Source of the DNA: an uncultured Candidatus Saccharibacteria bacterium
GTDB lineage: Bacteria > Patescibacteriota > Minisyncoccia > Phycocordibacterales > UBA2100
Length of the DNA: 64,000 bases
NCBI GenBank assembly: GCA_964594735.1
Contig: CAZQMS010000004.1
Coordinates: forward strand, 13,241-77,240
Direction: 5' to 3'
The notes under the pieces are model-generated. The model was not told the origin of the DNA, searched no databases, and worked only from the letters and a program-made list of their open reading frames with translations. Of the stretch, positions 58,723 through 64,000 are shown one piece after another. The position numbers were made by a program, and so were the translations under genes. Position 1 is the first letter of the stretch. Each line of letters starts with the position of its first letter.

Positions 58723-59175
58723 ATGACGCGCTCGAAGTTTGTGCTCGCCTCGATGCTCATCGTCTTCGCATCGCTTCTCGGCGCGAGCTTCGTCTCGGCG
58801 CAGACATCGGACGAAGCGCTGAGTCAGACAATACGCGCCGCCATCCTCTCCGACCCGCGCTCGCAGACCATGACCGAAGCGGAAGTGGACGCGATGGTCA
58901 TCGCACTCTCAAGGCAGGCAGAGTCGGTAGGGATGACATCAGACGACATCCTCTGGCGGCCGACGGATGCGGTTGGTGCTGCAGATGGCGCGGCGTGCGA
59001 GGGATTCCTCTGCGCGCTCAACCACGCATTCGGTTTCGATGGCTCCGACTACACCATACCGGTTTGGCTCGGCGCGTCGGCGCTCATGCTCATATTCCTC
59101 ATTGCGGGCATCCTCGAGTACCGCCACATTCACAGGAAGCACCTCCTGGCGCGGCAGCAGACCCGGGTGCAATAG
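58723..59175 (+). CDS. Hypothetical protein with a signal peptide and a C-terminal TM segment
   Basis: Signal peptide, later a Cys pair, and a C-terminal hydrophobic helix. Confidence 0.4.
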   Translation: MTRSKFVLASMLIVFASLLGASFVSAQTSDEALSQTIRAAILSDPRSQTMTEAEVDAMVIALSRQAESVGMTSDDILWRPTDAVGAADGAACEGFLCALNHAFGFDGSDYTIPVWLGASALMLIFLIAGILEYRHIHRKHLLARQQTRVQ

Positions 59176-59283
59176 TTTGCATTCTGGGCTGGCGCTGTGT
59201 ATAGTGCCGACACCCATGTCCCAAGACGGGACCACTGGCGAGGCTTCTGAGGAGTCCCGCTCGTGCGGGAATTTTTCTTACCT

Positions 59284-59895
59284 ATGAAATATATGCTTGG
59301 CACCAAAGGCCGCATGACCCAGATCTTCGATGAGAAGGGCTTCGTGCGCGCCGCGACGATAATCTCTGCGGGGCCGCTCACAGTGACCCAGGTGAAGACC
59401 AAGGAAGTAGACGGCTACGATGCCCTCCAAGTCGGCCTCGGCAAGCGCGCGGAAAAGAACGTCGCGAAGCCCCAGAAAGGTCACCTCAAAGACCTCGCCC
59501 TCCCGGCTGTCATGCGCGAGATTCCTGCCTCCGGCGAATCAAAGCGCGGCGACACACTGGATATATCTGTGTTCGCACCGGGCGATATCGTGGAAGTGTC
59601 TGCCATTTCGAAAGGTAAAGGTTTCCAGGGCGTCGTGAAGCGCCACGGCTTTAGCGGTGGCCCTCGGTCGCACGGTCAGAAGAACAAGGAGCGCGCTCCG
59701 GGCAGCATCGGTGGCGGAGGCCGCGCAGGAGGCCGCGTGGTCAAGGGTATGCGCATGGCCGGACGCATGGGCGGTGACCGCATCACAGTGCGCAACCTCC
59801 AGATTCTCCAGGTAGACGCGGAAAACAATCAGCTCCTCATCTCGGGTGCTATTCCGGGACGTCCGGGCACACTCGTCGAAGTAAGGCAGAAGTAA
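59284..59895 (+). CDS. rplC: 50S ribosomal protein L3
   Basis: GTKGRMTQIF... Confidence 0.9.
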   Translation: MKYMLGTKGRMTQIFDEKGFVRAATIISAGPLTVTQVKTKEVDGYDALQVGLGKRAEKNVAKPQKGHLKDLALPAVMREIPASGESKRGDTLDISVFAPGDIVEVSAISKGKGFQGVVKRHGFSGGPRSHGQKNKERAPGSIGGGGRAGGRVVKGMRMAGRMGGDRITVRNLQILQVDAENNQLLISGAIPGRPGTLVEVRQK

Positions 59896-59896
59896 T

Positions 59897-60580
59897 ATGA
59901 AAACAGACATTTACAACATTCAGGGCAAAAAGGCCGGCTCCGTGGATCTCCCGGAGAATGTCTTCGGTCTCGCGTGGAACAACGCGCTCATGTACCAGGT
60001 CGTGACCACGATGCAGGCCAACGCCCGCACGCCGGTCGCCCACACCAAGGGTCGTGGCGAGGTTCGCGGCGGCGGCAAGAAGCCATGGCAACAGAAGGGC
60101 ACAGGCCGCGCACGTCACGGCTCTATCCGCTCTCCGATATGGAAAGGTGGCGGTGTGACGCACGGTCCGTCAAAGGATAAAGTCTACGCCCGCGAAATCC
60201 CGAAGAAGATGCGCGCCAAGGCTCTCTTTATGGCGCTCTCGAGGAAGCTCAAAGACGGAGAACTCATCTTTGTCGATTCCTTCGGTATGAATACCCCGAA
60301 GACCGCGGTGGCCAAAAAGGCGCTCACCGCGCTCTCGAAGGAGTTCAAGAATCTTTCCGCCAAGCACAACGCCGCGCTCATCGCGCTTCCCGAGAGGAAC
60401 GAGGCTGCGGAGAAATCTTTCCGCAACATCTCGTCGGTCACGTGCAACACGGTCGCCAACATGAATCCAGTGGAAGTCCTCAAGTACAAGTACGTCATCA
60501 TCGAGAATCCCGATGCGTCGGTACAGATCGTCGCGAAGCGCGCCGAGAAGCGGGCAAAGAAAGCTCAGAAGACTGCCTAA
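59897..60580 (+). CDS. rplD: 50S ribosomal protein L4
   Basis: Conserved sequence and position. Confidence 0.9.
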   Translation: MKTDIYNIQGKKAGSVDLPENVFGLAWNNALMYQVVTTMQANARTPVAHTKGRGEVRGGGKKPWQQKGTGRARHGSIRSPIWKGGGVTHGPSKDKVYAREIPKKMRAKALFMALSRKLKDGELIFVDSFGMNTPKTAVAKKALTALSKEFKNLSAKHNAALIALPERNEAAEKSFRNISSVTCNTVANMNPVEVLKYKYVIIENPDASVQIVAKRAEKRAKKAQKTA

Positions 60581-60616
60581 CTATCACCTGAAACCTACTA
60601 CCTATAACCTATCTTT

Positions 60617-60985
60617 ATGGCACTCTTCAGCAAAAAAAAGGAAAGCGATAAGGCGGCATCTCCCGCAAAGACCGAGACCAAGAAGGTCGTCTCGAATTCT
60701 GTGCGAGACCTCACACCTGTCCTCCGCCACGCACGTATCACGGAGAAGGCGACCGTGGCGCAGAGCAACAACGTCTACGTCTTCGATGTCGGCGTTGCCG
60801 CGGGGAAGCGTGACATCATGCAAGCGGTGAAGAGCCTCTACGGCGTCACGCCGCGCAAGGTTGCCGTCGTGAGCATTAGGAGGAAGAATGTCCGCAACGC
60901 GCGCACCGGACGCACTGGTGTGAAAGGAGGTGGCAAGAAGGCGTACGTGTATCTCAAAAAGGGCGATAGCATCACGCTCGCATAA
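60617..60985 (+). CDS. rplW: 50S ribosomal protein L23 (with an N-terminal Lys-rich extension)
   Basis: Conserved sequence and position. Confidence 0.85.
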   Translation: MALFSKKKESDKAASPAKTETKKVVSNSVRDLTPVLRHARITEKATVAQSNNVYVFDVGVAAGKRDIMQAVKSLYGVTPRKVAVVSIRRKNVRNARTGRTGVKGGGKKAYVYLKKGDSITLA

Positions 60986-60993
60986 AAAAGTGT

Positions 60994-61842
60994 ATGGCAA
61001 TCAAAAAATACAAACCAACATCGAAGTCGCAGAGGCAGCACACCTCCATCGATTACCGCAAGATGCTCTCTGGCCACAAGCCGCTGAAGGCACTTCTCAA
61101 GGGCAAGAAGCGCATGGGTGGTCGCAACAGCTTCGGCCGCATCACGACGCGTCACCAGGGCGGCGGTCACAAGAAGCGTTTGCGTGATGTCGACTTCACC
61201 TTCGACAAGAAGAACATCCCGGCCAAGATTACGTCTATCGAGTACGACCCGTTCCGCTCGGCTTTCATCGGCCTCGCGGTCTACGCCGATGGCGCGAAGC
61301 GCTACGTCGTGCTCCCGCGCAATGTGCAGGTGGGGGACACATTCGTCGTCTCTGAAAATGCTCCTATCAAGACGGCCAATCGCCTCATGCTCGGCAACAT
61401 GCCTGTCGGTACATTTGTCTACAACATCGAGCTCAAGCCCGGAGCGGGAGGCAAAATCGCGCGCTCCGCAGGCAACTACGCAGAAGTCGTCGCGCAAGAC
61501 GCGGGCTACACGCACCTCAAGATGCCCTCGACCGAAGTCCGCCGCATCATCGGCACTGCATGGGCCACCGTGGGAGAGGCGAGCAACGAAGAACACCGCC
61601 TTGAGAACTGGGGCAAAGCAGGTCGCACGCGTTGGAAGGGCATCCGCCCGACCGTGCGCGGTACCGCGATGAACCCAGTCGACCACCCGCACGGCGGAGG
61701 CGAAGGCCGCCAGGGTCGCGGTCACCGCAGGCAGCGCACGATGTGGGGCAAGCCCTCGGGCAAAGGTCAGAAGACAAGGACTCCGAAGAAGTACAGCAAC
61801 GTCTTCATCGTCACCCGCCGAAGAGTCGGCAAGAGAAAGTAA
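60994..61842 (+). CDS. rplB: 50S ribosomal protein L2
   Basis: Strongly conserved sequence. Confidence 0.95.
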   Translation: MAIKKYKPTSKSQRQHTSIDYRKMLSGHKPLKALLKGKKRMGGRNSFGRITTRHQGGGHKKRLRDVDFTFDKKNIPAKITSIEYDPFRSAFIGLAVYADGAKRYVVLPRNVQVGDTFVVSENAPIKTANRLMLGNMPVGTFVYNIELKPGAGGKIARSAGNYAEVVAQDAGYTHLKMPSTEVRRIIGTAWATVGEASNEEHRLENWGKAGRTRWKGIRPTVRGTAMNPVDHPHGGGEGRQGRGHRRQRTMWGKPSGKGQKTRTPKKYSNVFIVTRRRVGKRK

Positions 61843-61849
61843 ACGAAAC

Positions 61850-61890
61850 GACAAAATCAAAAGGCCCGGGGTTTCCCGGGCCTTCAACGC
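61850..61890. terminator. Intrinsic terminator AAAATCAAAAGGCCCGGGGTTTCCCGGGCCTT
   Basis: GC hairpin. Shares the AATCAAAAG+hairpin style with the island repeats. Confidence 0.65.
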
Positions 61891-61911
61891 CTTTGGCGCG
61901 AACGCTTCGCT

Positions 61912-62118
61912 TCAACGTCTGCGTCGATGAGCGACCCGTCGGGTCTTTATTCCAAGCGCTGCCGCAGCTTTACTCATCCCAGCTTTGATCCGTCGGGATG
62001 CTTCGTCGCGGTCGATGAGACCGGCATCCGAATCGAAGACAGCGTTGCGTGCCTCGTCCCAACCCGCTTTTGCCTTGGCGAACTCGCGTGAGAAAAGACA
62101 TGAACCGGTTTTGGGCAT
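61912..62118 (-). CDS. Small basic protein (68 aa) inserted between rplB and rpsS
   Basis: AAAGGAGG ribosome-binding site 5 nt upstream. Flanked on both sides by terminators. Confidence 0.45.
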   Translation of the reverse strand: MPKTGSCLFSREFAKAKAGWDEARNAVFDSDAGLIDRDEASRRIKAGMSKAAAALGIKTRRVAHRRRR

Positions 62119-62149
62119 CGTGTGCCTCCTTTGTCCTACCGATAGGGTA

Positions 62150-62195
62150 GCAAAATCAAAAGGCCCGGGGAAACCCGGGCCTTTTCGCTTCTGAA
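62150..62195. terminator. Intrinsic terminator AAAATCAAAAGGCCCGGGGAAACCCGGGCCTTTTCGC
   Basis: GC hairpin followed by a T-run. Confidence 0.65.
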
Positions 62196-62208
62196 CAAAG
62201 ATCAGGCC

Positions 62209-62538
62209 TCAGGCGCCGATGCGGCCGAGGTGTCGGCGGATGCGTCCGTTGAGGTCGGCCACCCTTCGGCTCGCTGCGTCAAAGTCTGCCAAGCTGGCCG
62301 CGTACCTGCGCTTCCAGTAGTCTGGCAGCCGAGCCGCGGCAAACCATTCTTGCTGGTGCACCACACCGTCGACGATGCCCTGGCCGAGGTCGGCACAGGT
62401 ATCGGATCGATAAAATGAGCCGTTGCGTTCGACTACCGCCGCAGCGCGCCAGCCGCTCTTCGACGTCACAAGAGCATACGGCCTGCTCTCGTGGAGAAAG
62501 ACTGGGTCGTTCGATTCGAGGGGGACAAAGCCCTGCAT
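62209..62538 (-). CDS. Hypothetical protein
   Basis: GGAGGG ribosome-binding site before MQGFVPLE. Confidence 0.4.
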   Translation of the reverse strand: MQGFVPLESNDPVFLHESRPYALVTSKSGWRAAAVVERNGSFYRSDTCADLGQGIVDGVVHQQEWFAAARLPDYWKRRYAASLADFDAASRRVADLNGRIRRHLGRIGA

Positions 62539-62665
62539 GAGATAACCCTCCATTTGACTCTAGCGAAGATACCAGACTGAGGGCCAGATGCAAAAAATTG
62601 ACAACAGGGGCGCCCTCATATACATTGTCCGCACTCCCGCGAGCTGCGGGTTTTCAATTGAACAT

Positions 62666-63004
62666 ATGGCACGAAGTCTTAAAAAGGGTCCGTTCGTCGA
62701 CGAGAAGTTGATGAAAAAGGTCCAGAATCGCAAGCCAGCTGGTGGCTCTATTAAGACGTGGGCGCGTCGCTCTCAGATTGCCCCCGAATTCGTGGGCTAC
62801 ACCTTTGCAGTGCACACCGGCAAGAACTTTGAGGAGGTGCTCGTGACCGAGGATATGGTGGGCCACCGCCTCGGCGAGTTCGCCCCGACGACCAAGTTCG
62901 TGCGTCACGGCGGCAAGATGCAGAAGGAGATTGAGCAGGCCAAGCAGCAGAGCGAAATTGCTGCCGCGCAGGCCGCAAAGAAAACGGCTGAGGCCAAGAA
63001 ATAA
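62666..63004 (+). CDS. rpsS: 30S ribosomal protein S19 with a C-terminal Lys/Ala-rich extension
   Basis: [12 protein letters not shown]... Confidence 0.9.
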   Translation: MARSLKKGPFVDEKLMKKVQNRKPAGGSIKTWARRSQIAPEFVGYTFAVHTGKNFEEVLVTEDMVGHRLGEFAPTTKFVRHGGKMQKEIEQAKQQSEIAAAQAAKKTAEAKK

Positions 63005-63007
63005 TAT

Positions 63008-63436
63008 ATGAAGGCGCTCCTCACAAATTTTCATCAGTCCCCACGCAAGGTGCGTCTCGTCGCAAACCTCATCCGCGGTAAGTCGGTCCCGGCTGCGTAC
63101 AGCACGCTCTCGTACGACCCGCACAAATCCTCGGCTGCTATTCTCAAGCTCCTCGAGAGCGCGATAGCGAATGCGCGTCAGAAGGGAGCTTCACCCGAGG
63201 ACCTCTTCGTGAAGACCATCACCGTCAACAAAGGCGCCGTGCTGCATCGCTTTATGCCGAAGGCCCGCGGCCGCGCTGCGCGCTACGCGAAGACAATGAG
63301 CATCATCGCCCTCGAGCTCGGCCAGAAACAGTCGACAGAAAACAGCAAACAGTCAACAGCGAAGAAAACAGCTGCGAAGAAGTCAGTAAAAAAAGCAGGA
63401 AAGAAGGCAGCTAAGAAACTGTCACCTGTAACCTAA
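63008..63436 (+). CDS. rplV: 50S ribosomal protein L22 (Lys-rich C-terminal tail)
   Basis: Conserved sequence and position. Confidence 0.9.
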   Translation: MKALLTNFHQSPRKVRLVANLIRGKSVPAAYSTLSYDPHKSSAAILKLLESAIANARQKGASPEDLFVKTITVNKGAVLHRFMPKARGRAARYAKTMSIIALELGQKQSTENSKQSTAKKTAAKKSVKKAGKKAAKKLSPVT

Positions 63437-63455
63437 TCCCTGTAAGCTCTTCTTT

Positions 63456-64000
63456 ATGACACACACCGTACATCCATACGCACATCGCCTCGGTATCATC
63501 CGCGACTGGAAGAGCCGCTGGTTCGCCAAGACTCCTGCGGAGTACCGCATGAACGTCATGATAGATGCGACCATTCGCCGTTTCCTCAAAAAGCGCCTGC
63601 GCGGCATGTACATCACCTCGACCGAGATCGAACGCAGCCAGAACACTATCCGCATTCTCCTCAAGACCTCGCGCCCCGGGCTCGTCATCGGCCGCGGTGG
63701 GGAAGGCAGCACCAAAATCAGCAAGGAAATCGAGAAAATCATCCGGGCGGTGAAGGGTGCTCCGAAAATGCAGGTCCGCCTCGATATCGAGGAAGTCCGC
63801 TCGCCTGAGAGCCAGGCACCTGTCGTCGCCTATATGGTCGCCGAGGGGCTCGAGAAGCGCCAGACGTTCCGCCGTGTGCTCAAGCAGACGGTAGAGAAGG
63901 TGATGGCCAACCGCGACGTGCAGGGTGTCCGCATCGCAGTATCCGGCCGCCTCGGCGGAGCGGAGATGTCTCGCCAGGAGGAGATAAAGAAAGGTCGTGT
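63456..64000 (+). CDS. rpsC: 30S ribosomal protein S3 (3' end outside the window)
   Basis: KH domain (GLVIGRGGEGSTKI). Runs to the window edge. Confidence 0.9.
   Translation, partial: MTHTVHPYAHRLGIIRDWKSRWFAKTPAEYRMNVMIDATIRRFLKKRLRGMYITSTEIERSQNTIRILLKTSRPGLVIGRGGEGSTKISKEIEKIIRAVKGAPKMQVRLDIEEVRSPESQAPVVAYMVAEGLEKRQTFRRVLKQTVEKVMANRDVQGVRIAVSGRLGGAEMSRQEEIKKGR

Overview
This is a high-GC (about 58-60%) bacterial window. Its gene content (short trigger factor, stand-alone nusA, an inserted four-helix-bundle 23S-IVS-type protein, T4P/ComEC genes, fragmented ribosomal operons) suggests a small-genome, possibly CPR/Patescibacteria-like organism; this is inference and nothing was searched.

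Core genes:
- tig-clpP and ppa, nusA (all minus strand).
- A type IV pilus/competence cluster: pilB, pilC and three prepilin-like genes, two of them very large.
- tpiA-pgk, a HIT protein, recJ, rnhA, and comEC split into a channel gene and a separate MBL-domain gene.
- rpmB and a peptidase M50 gene.
- The str operon (rpsL-rpsG ... fusA ... tuf) and the S10 operon (rpsJ ... rplC-rplD-rplW-rplB ... rpsS-rplV-rpsC(partial)).

Both ribosomal operons are repeatedly interrupted by secreted or membrane hypothetical genes, a stand-alone FabA-like dehydratase, ung and a PaaX-like regulator.

The most unusual regions:
1. An ~11.7 kb island (42.8-54.5 kb) between lexA and rpsJ. Almost every gene in it is separated by a copy of a modular 40-110 bp repeat. 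The genes include a ThsB/TIR-like + SLATT(DUF4231) pair, DinJ-YafQ, Nudix, class II KARI, a cupin and an OCD/mu-crystallin gene.
2. Four GTAT/ATAC heptad hairpin elements next to pilus genes. One carries a four-helix-bundle (23S rRNA IVS-type) protein gene in its loop.
3. A TATCTCAYGGGGTAKACT motif family 6-9 nt upstream of several start codons.
4. The original GC-rich 3' ends of rpsG, fusA and tuf are each duplicated a short distance downstream of the present stop codons.

No rRNA, tRNA or CRISPR array was seen. Coordinates of non-ORF features may be off by 1-2 nt.
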